Position numbers and translations under genes: made by a program. The notes below the pieces were generated by a model that was not told the origin of the DNA, ran no database searches, and saw nothing but the letters and a program-made list of their open reading frames with translations. A stretch of 64,000 bases of DNA, taken from positions 11,923 through 75,922 of the forward strand of contig DASTIS010000230.1 in assembly GCA_035717365.1 (NCBI GenBank). Direction: 5' to 3'. Below, in pieces: positions 8,089-18,738 of this stretch. Source of the DNA: Rhodanobacteraceae bacterium. Lineage in GTDB: Bacteria; Pseudomonadota; Gammaproteobacteria; Xanthomonadales; Rhodanobacteraceae. Position 1 is the first letter of the stretch. Each line of letters opens with the position of its first letter.

Positions 8089-10191
8089 TCATCGCCCCAG
8101 CGCGGAAACAAGCCGCACGCGACGGTTGTCCGGCACCTCGTTGTAGGCCAGCACGTGCAGTGCCGGTGCGGCGTGGCGCGTGAAGCGCGCCAGCCATGAC
8201 CGCAGCTGCGGCGCCACCAGCAGTACCGCCGGCTCGCCGGCCATTTCCTGGCGTTGCGCGGCGTCGGCGACGTTCTGCTGCAGCCGCTCTGCCAGCCCCG
8301 GTTCCACCGAGGCGCCGGCAGGACCACTGCCCTGGAGTGACTGGAGCAATATTTGTTCCAACTCCGGCGCCAGGGTAATGACCGGAATTTCGCTTCCCAA
8401 ACCACTGATTTCCTGCACGATCTGTCGGCCGAGCGCAATGCGCACCATCGCCGTGAGCGCGCCGGATTCCTGACTCTGCGATGCGTGTTCCGCCAACGAT
8501 TCGACGATCCCCCGCATGTTGCGGATGGGAACGTGCTCGGCCAGCAGGTTTTGCAGCACCTTCACCACCACGCCGAGTGCAAGGCGCTTGGGTACGAGGT
8601 CTTCGACGAGTTTGGGCGCTTCGGCGGAGAGCCGGTCCAGCAATTGCTGGACTTCCTGGTGGCCGAGCAGTTCGTGCGCGTGTGTCTGCAGGATCTGCGA
8701 AAGGTGGGTGGCGATCACGGTGGCTGCATCGACCACGGTGTAGTCCAGCGTTTGCGCGTGCTCGCGCAAACCGGGTTCGATCCACACCGCCTCGAGGCCG
8801 AATGCCGGGTCGCGCGTTGCGATGCCGTCTACATGGCCGTGCACGCGGCCGGGATTGATGGCCAGCAACCGCTCGTGGTGGACTTCGGCTTCGCCCACCG
8901 GCACGCCGAGAAGACTGATGCGGTAATGGCTGGCGCCGAGATCGAGGTTGTCGCGGATGTGTACGGGTGGCACCAGGAAGCCCAGGTCCTGCGACAGCTT
9001 GCGGCGCACGGACTTGATGCGACCCAGCAATTCGCCACCCTGGTTGCGATCCACCAGCGGAATCAGGCGGTAACCGACTTCCAGGCCGATGGTGTCGACG
9101 GCGGTGACATCGTCCCAGCTCAGTTCAATTCGTTCGGCGGCAGGTACGGGCTCGGCGTCGGCCGCGGCGCTGGCGCGCTCCCGTGCGGCCTTCTCGGCGT
9201 CGCGCCGGCGACGGTCCAGCATCCAGGCGCCGCCGCCGCACAGGCCCCCGAGCAGAAGAAACGCGACGTTGGGCATGCCCGGAATCAGGCCCATCACGCC
9301 CAGCACGACAGCCGTGACCGCCAGCGCGCGCGGCTGTCCGAACACCTGCGCCAGCACCTGCTTGCTCATGTCCTGCGAACGCGAGACGCGGGTCACGATC
9401 ACCGCGGTGGCGACCGACAGCAGCAGCGCCGGGATCTGCGCCACCAGGCCGTCGCCGATGGTCAGCAACGTATAGGTATGCGCGGCCTCGCTGATGGACA
9501 GGCCGTGCTGCAGCACGCCCACCATGAAGCCGCCGACAATGTTGATCAGCAGGATCAGGATGCCGGCCGTGGCGTCCCCGCGCACGAATTTGGAGGCGCC
9601 GTCCATGGACCCGTAGAAGTCCGCTTCCTCACGCACTTCCTGGCGACGCTCGCGCGCTTGTTCCTGCGTCAGCAATCCGGCGTTGAGGTCGGCGTCGATC
9701 GCCATCTGCTTGCCCGGCATCGAGTCCAGGGTGAAACGCGCGGTCACTTCCGACACGCGTGTGGCGCCCTTGGTGATCACCACGAAGTTGATGATCGTGA
9801 GGATCGCGAACACCACCAGGCCGACGGCGAAGTTGCCTCCGATCACGAACTCGCCGAAGGCTTCGATCACCTTGCCGGCGGCGCCGGGACCGGCATGACC
9901 ATGCAACAACACCACGCGTGTCGAGGCGATGTTCAACGCCAGGCGCAGCAGCGTCGCGCCCAGTACGACGGTGGGGAATGCGGCGAATTCCAGTGGCCGC
10001 ATCACGTACACCACCGCCAGCACGATCACCAGCGACAGCGCGATGTTGAAGCTGAACAGCACGTCCAGCATGAAAGGCGGCAGCGGCAACACCACCATTG
10101 CCAGCAGCACCAGCATCACGATGGGCGCGCCGATCCCGCGCCTGCCGATGCGGCCGAATTGTTGGACGAGTGCCGGCGCGGCCATCTTCAT
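8089..10191 (-). CDS. flhA: Flagellar export gate protein FlhA
   Basis: 700 aa with a typical FlhA N-terminal TM domain (FAAFPTVVLGATLLRLALNIASTRVVL) and cytoplasmic ring domain. The start overlaps the flhB stop. Confidence 0.97.
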   Translation of the reverse strand: MKMAAPALVQQFGRIGRRGIGAPIVMLVLLAMVVLPLPPFMLDVLFSFNIALSLVIVLAVVYVMRPLEFAAFPTVVLGATLLRLALNIASTRVVLLHGHAGPGAAGKVIEAFGEFVIGGNFAVGLVVFAILTIINFVVITKGATRVSEVTARFTLDSMPGKQMAIDADLNAGLLTQEQARERRQEVREEADFYGSMDGASKFVRGDATAGILILLINIVGGFMVGVLQHGLSISEAAHTYTLLTIGDGLVAQIPALLLSVATAVIVTRVSRSQDMSKQVLAQVFGQPRALAVTAVVLGVMGLIPGMPNVAFLLLGGLCGGGAWMLDRRRRDAEKAARERASAAADAEPVPAAERIELSWDDVTAVDTIGLEVGYRLIPLVDRNQGGELLGRIKSVRRKLSQDLGFLVPPVHIRDNLDLGASHYRISLLGVPVGEAEVHHERLLAINPGRVHGHVDGIATRDPAFGLEAVWIEPGLREHAQTLDYTVVDAATVIATHLSQILQTHAHELLGHQEVQQLLDRLSAEAPKLVEDLVPKRLALGVVVKVLQNLLAEHVPIRNMRGIVESLAEHASQSQESGALTAMVRIALGRQIVQEISGLGSEIPVITLAPELEQILLQSLQGSGPAGASVEPGLAERLQQNVADAAQRQEMAGEPAVLLVAPQLRSWLARFTRHAAPALHVLAYNEVPDNRRVRLVSALGR

Positions 10192-11339
10192 TGGCCCCTG
10201 TCGGGCAGCTGGTACGGACCGAGCAGCTGCGGGTCGATGTCCGGGTTGGGCGGTGGCGGCGCGTCGCCCGCTTGCGCGGCCGCGTCGCGCACGCGGAAGA
10301 CATAGGCCAGGATCTGCGCGACGGCGACGTACAGCGCGGCCGGCACCTCCTGGCCGATGCGCGTGGTGTGGTAGAGCGCGCGCGCCAGCGCTGGCGCCGA
10401 AACCAGCGGCACCTCGTGTTGCCCGGCGACGCCGCGGATGCGTGCGGCCACGAGGTCCAGCCCCTTGGCGACCACCCGCGGTGCGCGCATGCCATCGTCA
10501 TATTTCAGGGCCACCGCAAAATGGGTGGGGTTCAGCACCACCACGTCGGCTTTCGGCACCGCTTCCATCATGCGCCGCTGCGCCATCTGCTGCTGCACGT
10601 TGCGCACGCGACTCCTGGTTTCCGGGCTGCCCTCCGTCTCCTTGTGCTCGTCGCGTTGTTCCTGGCGCGTCATGCGCATGCGCCGGGCGTAGTCGAAGCG
10701 TTGCCACAGCATGTCGGCAAGCCCCACCACTGCCAGCGCACCGCAGAACAGCAACGTCGCGCGGCCGATCACGTCCAGCGCGGTATCGATGCCGGCGTGC
10801 ACGTTGCCGCGCCCCGTATCCAGCAATTCGACGCGCGACTGCCACAGCACCAGCGTCAGCACGCCGCCGATCAGCACCACCTTGAGTATCGATTTGCCGA
10901 GTTCGACGAGACCGCGCAGCGAAATCAGCCGCTTGAGGCCCTCGATCGGATTCAGGCGTTCCGGTTTCGGCACGAGCGCTTCGGTGCTGAACGCGAAGCC
11001 GCCGGCCAGCGCCGGCGCAAGCAGCGTCGCCAGCAACGCGACGCCGAACAGCGGCGCCAGCAACTTCAAAGCCTCGGCGCCGGCGGCCGTGGCCGCAGCG
11101 CCCATTGCCGCACTGTTGGTGGCCTGCGCTGGGCCGTAGGCGAGGCCGATGCGCATGAGGTTGCGCAGGTGTTCGCCCAACCACGGACGCATCACCAGCA
11201 AGGTGCCGACGCTGGCCAGTGCGATCAGCGCCGCCGAGAGATCGCGCGAACGCGGGACGTCGCCCTTTTCGCGTGCGTCGCGCAGGCGCTTCTCGGTAGC
11301 TCGTTCGGTGCGTTCCTGGTCGTCGTCGTGCTCGGCCAT
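10188..11339 (-). CDS. flhB: Flagellar export switch protein FlhB
   Basis: 383 aa. It begins MAEHDDDQERTERATEKRLRDAREKGDVPRS. The NPTH autocleavage motif is present (VVVLNPTHFAVALKY). Confidence 0.97.
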   Translation of the reverse strand: MAEHDDDQERTERATEKRLRDAREKGDVPRSRDLSAALIALASVGTLLVMRPWLGEHLRNLMRIGLAYGPAQATNSAAMGAAATAAGAEALKLLAPLFGVALLATLLAPALAGGFAFSTEALVPKPERLNPIEGLKRLISLRGLVELGKSILKVVLIGGVLTLVLWQSRVELLDTGRGNVHAGIDTALDVIGRATLLFCGALAVVGLADMLWQRFDYARRMRMTRQEQRDEHKETEGSPETRSRVRNVQQQMAQRRMMEAVPKADVVVLNPTHFAVALKYDDGMRAPRVVAKGLDLVAARIRGVAGQHEVPLVSAPALARALYHTTRIGQEVPAALYVAVAQILAYVFRVRDAAAQAGDAPPPPNPDIDPQLLGPYQLPDRGQ

Positions 11340-11342
11340 GGC

Positions 11343-12116
11343 TCAGGCTCCGGAAATCGCGCGTGCCAGCTCGAACGCGGCGCGCTGCAGCGCATCGAAC
11401 GCGCCGGGCAGGGCGCGCAGGCCCAGCCACACCGCGACGAAGCCGAGGCAGATCGAGATCGGGAATCCGATCGAAAACAGGTTCATCGACGGCGCAGCAC
11501 GGCTGATCGCACCGAAACCGAGGTTGACGACCAGCAGTGAAGCCATCGCCGGCAGCGCCACCAGCACCGCTCCCGCGAACAGGTGCGAGGCAAATGCAAG
11601 AAGGCTCCACAGCGTATCGCCACTCGGCATCGCCGCCTGCCACGAGGCACCGTGCATGCCGGTCGCCAACAGCGCGATCAACTGCAGGTGACCGTTCATG
11701 GCAAGGAAAATCAACGTGGCCAGCAACAGGTAGAACTGGCCCAGCGTCGGCGCGCTGTGGCCCTGTTGCGGGTCCACCACCTGCGCGAATCCCAGCCCCA
11801 TGGTCGAGGCCACCAGTTCGCCGCCCATCGACAACGCCTCGAACGCCAGTTTCAGCGCGAAACCGATCGCGGCGCCCACGACCAGTTGCTGCATCACGGT
11901 GACCAGAGCGGCCACGCTCAGCGGATCGACCTTGCCCGGCAAAGGCGCCAGCGGCATCAGGACCAGTGCCAGCACCAACGCAAGACCGGCGCGTACGCGC
12001 ACCGGGATCGTGCGCGCGCCCAGCACCGGAGCGGTCAACATCAAGCCGCTGACCCGCGCCAGCGGCCACAGCAGCGCGGCGATCAGCAATTGCAATTGGG
12101 CCAGGTCGAAGTTCAT
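11343..12116 (-). CDS. fliR: Flagellar export protein FliR
   Basis: The start is re-set to the ATG at 12116 (MNFDLAQLQLLIAALLWPLARVSG), which immediately follows the fliQ stop. Polytopic membrane protein. Confidence 0.92.
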   Translation of the reverse strand: MNFDLAQLQLLIAALLWPLARVSGLMLTAPVLGARTIPVRVRAGLALVLALVLMPLAPLPGKVDPLSVAALVTVMQQLVVGAAIGFALKLAFEALSMGGELVASTMGLGFAQVVDPQQGHSAPTLGQFYLLLATLIFLAMNGHLQLIALLATGMHGASWQAAMPSGDTLWSLLAFASHLFAGAVLVALPAMASLLVVNLGFGAISRAAPSMNLFSIGFPISICLGFVAVWLGLRALPGAFDALQRAAFELARAISGA

Positions 12117-12382
12117 CGCACCATCGCCGGCAGATTGGTGATCAACTCGCGTGTGAACGACACCAGCGTATGCAGCATCCACGGGCCGGCGATCACCAGT
12201 ACCAGCGCCATCGCCAGCAGCTTGGGGATGAACGACAGCGTCATCTCGTTGATCTGCGTGGCAGCCTGGAACATACCCACCACCAGGCCCACCACCAGCG
12301 CGGTCAGCAGCAACGGGGCGCCCACCAGCATCGCCACGTACAGAGCGTGCTGGCCGAAATGGATGATCGATTCGGGCGTCAT
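12113..12382 (-). CDS. fliQ: Flagellar export protein FliQ
   Basis: 89 aa from the internal ATG at 12382: MTPESIIHFGQHALYVAMLVGAPLLL...FIPKLLAMALVLVIAGPWM. Confidence 0.93.
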   Translation of the reverse strand: MTPESIIHFGQHALYVAMLVGAPLLLTALVVGLVVGMFQAATQINEMTLSFIPKLLAMALVLVIAGPWMLHTLVSFTRELITNLPAMVR

Positions 12383-12407
12383 CGGTGGGCCCCCGTCCTC
12401 GTCATGC

Positions 12408-13166
12408 TCATGTGACGAAGCTCCCCGCCAGCGTTCCCAGCAGCAGTGTCCAGCCATCCACCAGCACGAACAGCATGATCTTGAACGGCAGCGAGATGAT
12501 CATGGGCGACACCATCATCATGCCCATCGACATCAGCACGCTGGCTACCACCAGATCGATGATCAGGAATGGCACGAACAGCAGGAAACCCATCTGGAAC
12601 GCGGTCTTCAATTCGCTGGTGACGAACGCCGGCACCGCGATGCGGAACGGCACGTCGGCGCGCGAGGCATAAGGCGCGTGACCGGCCAGGTGCGTGAACA
12701 TTTGCAGGTCGGCGTCGCGGGTCTGATCGAGCATGAAGGTTTCGAATGGCGCCGCCACCTTCGGCAACGCCTGCGTGGCGCTGAGCTGGCCGTCCATGTA
12801 TGGCTGCAGGCCCTGGTCGTAGGCGCGGTGCAACACCGGCGACATCACGAACAGGGTCAGGAACAGCGCAAGGCCCATCAACACCTGGTTGGGCGGCGAG
12901 GATTGGGTGCCCAGCGCCTGGCGCAGGAACCCCAGCACGATGATGATGCGCGTGAACGAGGTCATCATCAGCAGGATCGCCGGCAACAGCGTCAGCGCGG
13001 TCATCAGCGCCAGCAGCTGGATCGACAGGCTCCAGGTCTGGCCGCCGTCGTTCGCGGTGTGCACCGTCAGCGCTGGCAGGCCGGGGGCGGGCGGCGCGGC
13101 GTGTGCGAGGATCGGCAGCAGCGTCAGCAGCAGCAGCGGCAGCGCCAGGAGACATGCGCGCTTCAT
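12408..13166 (-). CDS. fliP: Flagellar export protein FliP
   Basis: The ATG at 13166 overlaps the fliO stop (ATGA) and is preceded by GGAGA. The signal peptide is [23 protein letters not shown]. Conserved blocks are [18 protein letters not shown] and [26 protein letters not shown]. The track start at 13181 is a TTG. Confidence 0.95.
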   Translation of the reverse strand: MKRACLLALPLLLLTLLPILAHAAPPAPGLPALTVHTANDGGQTWSLSIQLLALMTALTLLPAILLMMTSFTRIIIVLGFLRQALGTQSSPPNQVLMGLALFLTLFVMSPVLHRAYDQGLQPYMDGQLSATQALPKVAAPFETFMLDQTRDADLQMFTHLAGHAPYASRADVPFRIAVPAFVTSELKTAFQMGFLLFVPFLIIDLVVASVLMSMGMMMVSPMIISLPFKIMLFVLVDGWTLLLGTLAGSFVT

Positions 13167-13564
13167 CGCGGATTTCTCCAACGCTCCAGTACTTCGCGGA
13201 AACTGCGCGGTGCGCCGGGCGTTTGCCGTGGCGGTTTCGGTGCCGGCAGGGCTTCATCCAATACCAGCAGCGTGCGCAGGCCCGCCGGCGAGGCGCCCAC
13301 CAGCAACTGGCGGTCGCCGACTTCCAGCAACAGCACGCGTTCCTTGACGCCCACCGCCAGCGATTCCAGGCAGCGCACACGCTGTCCGCCGGGACGCACG
13401 CGCGCCTGCATGCGACGTGTCAGCCAGCCGACTGCCAGGATCATCACCACGACGGCGACGAGGCTCAGCACGACGCGCAGGAATTCGCCTGCGCCACCCA
13501 GCGTCGCTGCGGTCGGCGTCGCACTGGCGACGACCGGCGCGATGTCGTGCAGCAAGGCGCTCAT
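13163..13564 (-). CDS. fliO: Flagellar protein FliO
   Basis: 133 aa with a single TM ([20 protein letters not shown]), lying between fliN and fliP. Both ends have overlapping stop/start codons. Confidence 0.85.
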   Translation of the reverse strand: MSALLHDIAPVVASATPTAATLGGAGEFLRVVLSLVAVVVMILAVGWLTRRMQARVRPGGQRVRCLESLAVGVKERVLLLEVGDRQLLVGASPAGLRTLLVLDEALPAPKPPRQTPGAPRSFREVLERWRNPR

Positions 13565-13911
13565 TTCAGCTTGCGCACACGTTCGGCCGGGCTGATCACG
13601 TCCGTCAGCCGGATGCCGAATTTCTCGTTGATCACGACCACCTCGCCGTGTGCCACCAGGGTGCCGTTGACGAACACGTCCAGCGGTTCGCCCGCCGCAC
13701 GATCCAGTTCGACCACGGAGCCCTGGTTCAACTGCAACAGGTTGCGGATGCTGATGCGGGTGCGACCTACCTCCATGGCCATGGTCACCGGTACGTCCAG
13801 GATCACGTCCATGTTCACTTCGGCATTGCCGCCGCCGGCTGCCTGGAGCGTATCGGGTTGCAATTTTTCCGCGGTCGCGGCGTCGTCGACGCTGGCTGCG
13901 TTTGCGTTCAT
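13561..13911 (-). CDS. fliN: Flagellar C-ring protein FliN
   Basis: 116 aa with a SpoA-type C-terminus: ILDVPVTMAMEVGRTRISIRNLLQLNQGSVVELDRAAGEPLDVFVNGTLVAHGEVVVINEKFGIRLTDV. Confidence 0.95.
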   Translation of the reverse strand: MNANAASVDDAATAEKLQPDTLQAAGGGNAEVNMDVILDVPVTMAMEVGRTRISIRNLLQLNQGSVVELDRAAGEPLDVFVNGTLVAHGEVVVINEKFGIRLTDVISPAERVRKLK

Positions 13912-14942
13912 GCCTTGTCTGCCTCTTGCTTGGATTGCTTGTTTGGGTGTTGGTCCGGGATGCCGAGCGCTGGCTCGGCGCGGTGCAACAGCCCCTCGAA
14001 TCCGATTGCCTTGTTGCCGCCGTGCACGCCGAAGCGGCCGCGGAACACCGGCACGTCCTCGGCGAAAACCGTGACGCGATCGGGATGGGGAAGGGTGATG
14101 ACGTCGCCGGGACGCAGCGCCATGAAGTCGCGTATGCTCAGGCTTGCCTCGCCAAGCAGTGCGCTGATCTCGACCTTGGCGTCCAGGACCTCTTCGTGCA
14201 GGCTCTGCATCCAGCGCTCGTCGCGTTCGACGCGATCACTCTGTACGCCAGCATCCAGCAGTTCGCGGATCGGCTCGATCATGGCGTACGGCATGGTCAG
14301 GTGTACCTGGCCACCGCCGCCATCCATGTCCACGCGGAAGCGCGATACCACCACGGTTTCGGTGGGGCTGACGATGTTGGCGAACTGGGGGTTGATCTCG
14401 GAATTGACGAACTCGAAGTCCAGCTTCATCACCGGCGTCCAGGCTTCAACCATTGCTGCGAAAGCCTCGGCCAGCACGATCTGGATCACCCGGTTTTCGG
14501 TGGGCGTGAAGTCGCGGCCTTCGATGCGCGCGTGGTAGCGTCCGTCACCGCCGAAGAAGTTGTCGATGACGCTGAACACCAGGTTGGGTTCGAACACGGT
14601 CAGCGCGGTGCCGCGCAACGGGTGTGCGCGCGTGAGGTTGAGATTGCTGGGCACCGCCAGCGAATGCACGTATTCGGAAAATTTCACCATGCTTACGCCT
14701 TCGACCGAGACCTCGCAGGTCTTGCGCAGCACGTTGAAAAGACCGGTGCGAAAAAATCGCGCGAAGCGCTCGTTGATCATTTCCAGCGTCGGCAGGCGCC
14801 CGCGTACGATGCGGTCCTGCTGCGTGAAGTCGTAGGTGTTCGCGGTACCGGCCGGCGGGGTGTCGGTTTCGGTCTCGACGTTGCCTTTGTCGACGCCGTC
14901 CAGCAGCGCGTCGATTTCGTCCTGGCTCAGGATGTCGCTCAT
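13908..14942 (-). CDS. fliM: Flagellar C-ring protein FliM
   Basis: The internal ATG at 14942 gives MSDILSQDEIDALLDG (the CheY-P binding LSQDEIDALL motif), 344 aa. The upstream 233 codons of the track ORF overlap fliL and look non-coding. Confidence 0.95.
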   Translation of the reverse strand: MSDILSQDEIDALLDGVDKGNVETETDTPPAGTANTYDFTQQDRIVRGRLPTLEMINERFARFFRTGLFNVLRKTCEVSVEGVSMVKFSEYVHSLAVPSNLNLTRAHPLRGTALTVFEPNLVFSVIDNFFGGDGRYHARIEGRDFTPTENRVIQIVLAEAFAAMVEAWTPVMKLDFEFVNSEINPQFANIVSPTETVVVSRFRVDMDGGGGQVHLTMPYAMIEPIRELLDAGVQSDRVERDERWMQSLHEEVLDAKVEISALLGEASLSIRDFMALRPGDVITLPHPDRVTVFAEDVPVFRGRFGVHGGNKAIGFEGLLHRAEPALGIPDQHPNKQSKQEADKA

Positions 14943-14953
14943 GGGCGGGGCCG

Positions 14954-15430
14954 TCACTGCATTACGAAGCTGGTGAAGTACACGGCTTCGATGCCGGGCC
15001 GGCCCAGCGATTGCTGGACCACGTCCTGCACCTTCGCCAGTGCCTCTTGCTGCAATTTTCGCTTGCCGTCGGCGGTCGCCAACACGTCGTACTTCTGGCT
15101 GCTGAACAGCAGCAGCAGCGTGTTGCGGATGGCAGGGTCGGCGGCCTGCGCGGCCTTGATTGCGGCCGGGTCGTGCGACATCAGGCTGACGCCGACTTGC
15201 AGGAACCGGATCGCGCGAGCGTCGGTGAAGTTGACCACGATGGACGGATCGAGCGTGTAGTACTCGGCGGTCTTGCTCAGTTCCGGCTTGGCCGGACGCT
15301 TGCCGTGGCCTACGAACAGAAAACCGCCGACGCCGGTCAGTACCACGACCACGACGAGGATGACCAACCAGAGAAGTTTCCTGCTCTTCCTGGGCGCTGG
15401 GGTCTCGGCAGATGGGGTTTCGGTGGGCAT
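14954..15430 (-). CDS. fliL: Flagellar basal-body-associated protein FliL
   Basis: It has a single TM (LLWLVILVVVVVLTGVGGFLFV) and a FliL-type C-domain (YYTLDPSIVVNF...FLQVGVSLM...IEAVYFTSFVMQ). The start is set at the ATG at 15430 because the track ATG at 15481 lies inside the sigma-54 promoter motif. Confidence 0.88.
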   Translation of the reverse strand: MPTETPSAETPAPRKSRKLLWLVILVVVVVLTGVGGFLFVGHGKRPAKPELSKTAEYYTLDPSIVVNFTDARAIRFLQVGVSLMSHDPAAIKAAQAADPAIRNTLLLLFSSQKYDVLATADGKRKLQQEALAKVQDVVQQSLGRPGIEAVYFTSFVMQ

Positions 15431-15469
15431 GGGCGTCTCGCGTGCAAAAGAGGGTTCGGAACCCTGAAA

Positions 15470-15485
15470 TGCAAACGCCATGCCA
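15470..15485 (-). promoter_or_regulatory. Sigma-54 promoter motif for the fliL operon
   Basis: The minus strand reads TGGCATGGCGTTTGCA (TGGCAY-N5-TTGCA), 39 nt upstream of the ATG at 15430. Confidence 0.7.
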
Positions 15486-15715
15486 TCGCGAAAGTGTGTT
15501 GCAAGTTATTGGTTTGTCGGATTGTTTTCGAGGGTTTGTGGGCGCGTGGCGAGATCTTGACGCGTCTGCATCGCATCGATTGCGTGCGGCGTCGAACTGT
15601 TGGCGCGGTCGCTTTTGCGTGTCGTGGTGAATCGTCGACACGGGTCACGCAGGCACGGCGACGCAAGCGCGCGTCGGGCGCACCGGTGATTGAAGCATGT
15701 TGCGACCGGATCGAC

Positions 15716-16783
15716 TCAGGCGAAGTCGTCCACGCGGCCCGGTGTGGCGATGCGTACTCGATGCAACGTGGATTGGCTGTCGGGTTCGACGCTGGCGGAG
15801 TCGCCGTCTGCGCGGTACGCGGGGGTCGCATGCGGCTGGCCATGCGATTGCTGGCCGACTGAAGCATGTCCGAGATTGAGCCCTTGCTGCGCCAGCATGT
15901 CGTGCAGTTGTGGCAGGGTTTGTTGCAGGGCGTGCACCGTCTGCGGATGTTGCACGGCGAAGCTGACATCGACGCGGTCGTGGTGGGTGGTGATCTCGAC
16001 CTGGATGGGTCCAAGCTTGCGCGGGTTGAGCTGGATTTCCGCCCGCTGGATGTCCTGCCCGGCCAGCCACGCGACGTGTTGCACCGTTTCCTGCGCGAAT
16101 TGCGGCTGGCTCGGCATGGCCTGCATGATCAGTTGGGCTGGCGGCGGCTGGGATGGCGCGGTTCCGGCATGGGCGCCGGTGAGCTGGACCAGGTGCGCGA
16201 GCAGATTGTCGGGTGCGGCGTGCGAGGCGACCGATCCATCCTTGCCGTCGGCGGCGACCTGCGAGCCGGCGTCACCCGCCAGCTTCCGCATGGCGGCCGG
16301 CAGGTTTGCATCGGGTGACGTCGCGGCGGATGAAGTCGATTGCGGGGTGCCAACCGTAATCGTGGTGCCGCTCGCGAGCGGGGCCAGACCGGGCGTGGCG
16401 GTGGCGATGTTTGCCGCGGTTGTGGCAGGCATCGCCCCCCGCGCGGATTTGCCGCCGTTTGCCGGCAACGCTTCGCCGCTGCCGGCAATCGATTGCCGCA
16501 TCGGTGCCGGTGCAATCACCATCACCGGGGCCATTCCGGGCACGGGATTCGTGTCGTTCCCGGAATGCTCGTCGCCCTGCGTGCTGGCAATTGCCTTGCG
16601 GCTTCCGTGTGCCGGCGCGTCGGCGTCATCATCGGCTTTGTGCCTGTCGCCGCGTGTTTTGGGCGCGGGCTGCGATTGCCGCAAGGTTTGGTCGAATGGT
16701 TTGTCGCCGGTTGCCGGCGTGCTGCCGGTGTCGGTGCTCGGGGCGGCTTGTGGTGGTGCCGAAGGGATGGCGAGGCTGCTCAT
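15716..16783 (-). CDS. fliK: Flagellar hook-length control protein FliK
   Basis: 355 aa. The N-terminal and central regions are Pro/Ala/Gly-rich and low-complexity. The C-terminal Flg_hook-type domain reads LNPRKLGPIQVEITTHHDRVDVSFAVQHPQTVHALQQTLPQLHDMLAQQGLNLG. Confidence 0.88.
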   Translation of the reverse strand: MSSLAIPSAPPQAAPSTDTGSTPATGDKPFDQTLRQSQPAPKTRGDRHKADDDADAPAHGSRKAIASTQGDEHSGNDTNPVPGMAPVMVIAPAPMRQSIAGSGEALPANGGKSARGAMPATTAANIATATPGLAPLASGTTITVGTPQSTSSAATSPDANLPAAMRKLAGDAGSQVAADGKDGSVASHAAPDNLLAHLVQLTGAHAGTAPSQPPPAQLIMQAMPSQPQFAQETVQHVAWLAGQDIQRAEIQLNPRKLGPIQVEITTHHDRVDVSFAVQHPQTVHALQQTLPQLHDMLAQQGLNLGHASVGQQSHGQPHATPAYRADGDSASVEPDSQSTLHRVRIATPGRVDDFA

Positions 16784-16821
16784 GGCGATCGCGTGGGGCT
16801 TCGTGTGGGTAGGACGTTTAC

Positions 16822-16837
16822 TGCAGGTTGTGTGCCA
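16822..16837 (-). promoter_or_regulatory. Sigma-54 promoter motif for fliK
   Basis: The minus strand reads TGGCACACAACCTGCA (GG and GC at canonical spacing), 38 nt upstream of the fliK ATG. Confidence 0.65.
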
Positions 16838-16885
16838 GCCTGGTTATCGCGATCGCATCGTCGCGCAGTGCTTCCGCCAGACCAG

Positions 16886-17338
16886 TCAGCGCGACCGCCG
16901 GGAATCCGTGCAGTGCTGCATGCGATCGTCGATCGCCGCTTGTTCGGCGCGTTCCTCACTGGCCTGTTCCCGACTGCGGTAGCGTTCGGTGACGGTGTCC
17001 AGTGCCGCGCTGCGGTTGCGCGACTTCCTCCACGCCGCGCGTGCCTGGGCCAGATTCTGCGCGTGTTGCTCGATTTCCCGCTGTTGCTGCGCGATGGCCT
17101 GGTCGATGCGTGCGACGAATTGCTGGCGGTTGCGCAGTTCCGTGACCGACACACAGGGTCCGTGGGGCGAGGTCGGCGGCTGCGCGTAATCGCGACGAAA
17201 TTGCCGCAATTCCTCGAGTTGGCGCTTGGCGGCATCCAGTCCGTACAGTCGTGTCGCCACGACGTTCGCGGCCTCGTCGGCATGCTTGCCGGCGATGTCC
17301 GCCACTCGCTGCAGGCGCTGCGAGCGTGGCGGGGTCAC
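16886..17338 (-). CDS. fliJ: Flagellar export chaperone/stalk protein FliJ
   Basis: 150 aa coiled-coil protein directly after fliI, with the start overlapping the fliI stop. Its charged helical sequence is typical of FliJ. Confidence 0.85.
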   Translation of the reverse strand: MTPPRSQRLQRVADIAGKHADEAANVVATRLYGLDAAKRQLEELRQFRRDYAQPPTSPHGPCVSVTELRNRQQFVARIDQAIAQQQREIEQHAQNLAQARAAWRKSRNRSAALDTVTERYRSREQASEERAEQAAIDDRMQHCTDSRRSR

Positions 17339-18738
17339 GCCACGGCCCCGCTATCGGCGGCTGTCCCGGCATCGGCGTCGCCCAACAGCCGTGTCAGTGC
17401 GCGGCCGGCCGTGTCGAGGTCGACGGCCTGCATGATTTCCTGCTGCAGGAACGCGCTCAATGCGGGCCACAGCGCGATCGCTTCGTCCACCCGCGGGTCA
17501 CTGCCCTCTTGGTAAGCGCCGACGTTGATCAGGTCGCGTTGCTGGCTGTATGCCGAATAGACCTGGCGGAACCGCTGCGCCAGTTTCAGTTGCGCCGGCG
17601 GCGCCACCGCAGGCATCACGCGGCTGATCGACGCCTCGATGTCGATTGCCGGGTAGTGCCCGGCTTCGGCGAGGTCGCGCGACAGCACGATGTGGCCGTC
17701 GAGGATCGCGCGCGCGGCATCGGCGATGGGATCGTGGCGATGATCGTCGCCTTCGGTCAGCACGGTGTAGAAGGCGGTAATCGAGCCGCGCCCTTCGGCG
17801 TCGTTGCCGGCGCGCTCGACCAACGCTGGCAACAGCGCGAACACCGAAGGCGGATAACCCTTTGTCGCAGGTGGCTCGCCGATTGCCAGCGCGATCTCGC
17901 GCTGGGCCTGCGCATAGCGGGTCAGCGAATCCATCAGCAGCAACACGCGCAGGCCGCGGTCGCGGAAGTGTTCGGCGATGGCGGTGGCGACCTGCGCGCC
18001 GCGCAGGCGCGACAGCGGCGGCGCGTCGGCGGGCTCGGCCACGATCACCGCGCGGCGTCGGCCTTCCTCGCCGAGAATCTGGTCGACGAATTCCTTCACC
18101 TCGCGGCCGCGTTCGCCGATCAGGCCCACCACCACCACGTCGGCGTTGGTGAAGCGCGTCATCATGCCGAGAAGGGTGGACTTGCCGACGCCGGAGCCCG
18201 CGAACAGGCCCATGCGCTGGCCACGGCCCACCGTCAGCAGTGCGTTGATGGCGCGTACCCCCACGTCCAGCGGCTGCGAGATTGGTTGGCGCTGCATCGG
18301 ATTGATCGGCGGACGCTTCAACGAGGTGTGTTGTTCGGCGCACAACGGTCCGCGGCCATCCAGCGGTGCGCCAGTCGCGTCGATGACGCGGCCCAGCAGG
18401 GCATCGCCGGCGGGGACGCCGGAATCGTGCGGACACGGACGTACACGTGCGTTGGGCAACACGCCGTGCAGGATGCCGGTCGGCATCAGGTACAGGCGGC
18501 CATCGGAGAAGCCCACTACCTCGGTTTCGATGCTGCCACCGTCGGCGTTGTCCACGAGGCAGCGCGAACCCACGGGCGCCTCGCAACCCACGGCCTCCAG
18601 GGTCAGCCCGACCACGCGGCGCAGCATGCCTTCGACCACGATCGGCCGCGCCCTTTCCACCTGCCGGGCGCGCGCGGCAAGTCGGGTCCGCCATCCCGCG
18701 GCGCGTGCCGTCGAGGATTGCGGCGCAGCATCGCTCAC
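17335..18738 (-). CDS. fliI: Flagellum-specific ATPase FliI
   Basis: 467 aa. Walker A is [17 protein letters not shown]. Walker B is [19 protein letters not shown]. Confidence 0.97.
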   Translation of the reverse strand: MSDAAPQSSTARAAGWRTRLAARARQVERARPIVVEGMLRRVVGLTLEAVGCEAPVGSRCLVDNADGGSIETEVVGFSDGRLYLMPTGILHGVLPNARVRPCPHDSGVPAGDALLGRVIDATGAPLDGRGPLCAEQHTSLKRPPINPMQRQPISQPLDVGVRAINALLTVGRGQRMGLFAGSGVGKSTLLGMMTRFTNADVVVVGLIGERGREVKEFVDQILGEEGRRRAVIVAEPADAPPLSRLRGAQVATAIAEHFRDRGLRVLLLMDSLTRYAQAQREIALAIGEPPATKGYPPSVFALLPALVERAGNDAEGRGSITAFYTVLTEGDDHRHDPIADAARAILDGHIVLSRDLAEAGHYPAIDIEASISRVMPAVAPPAQLKLAQRFRQVYSAYSQQRDLINVGAYQEGSDPRVDEAIALWPALSAFLQQEIMQAVDLDTAGRALTRLLGDADAGTAADSGAVA

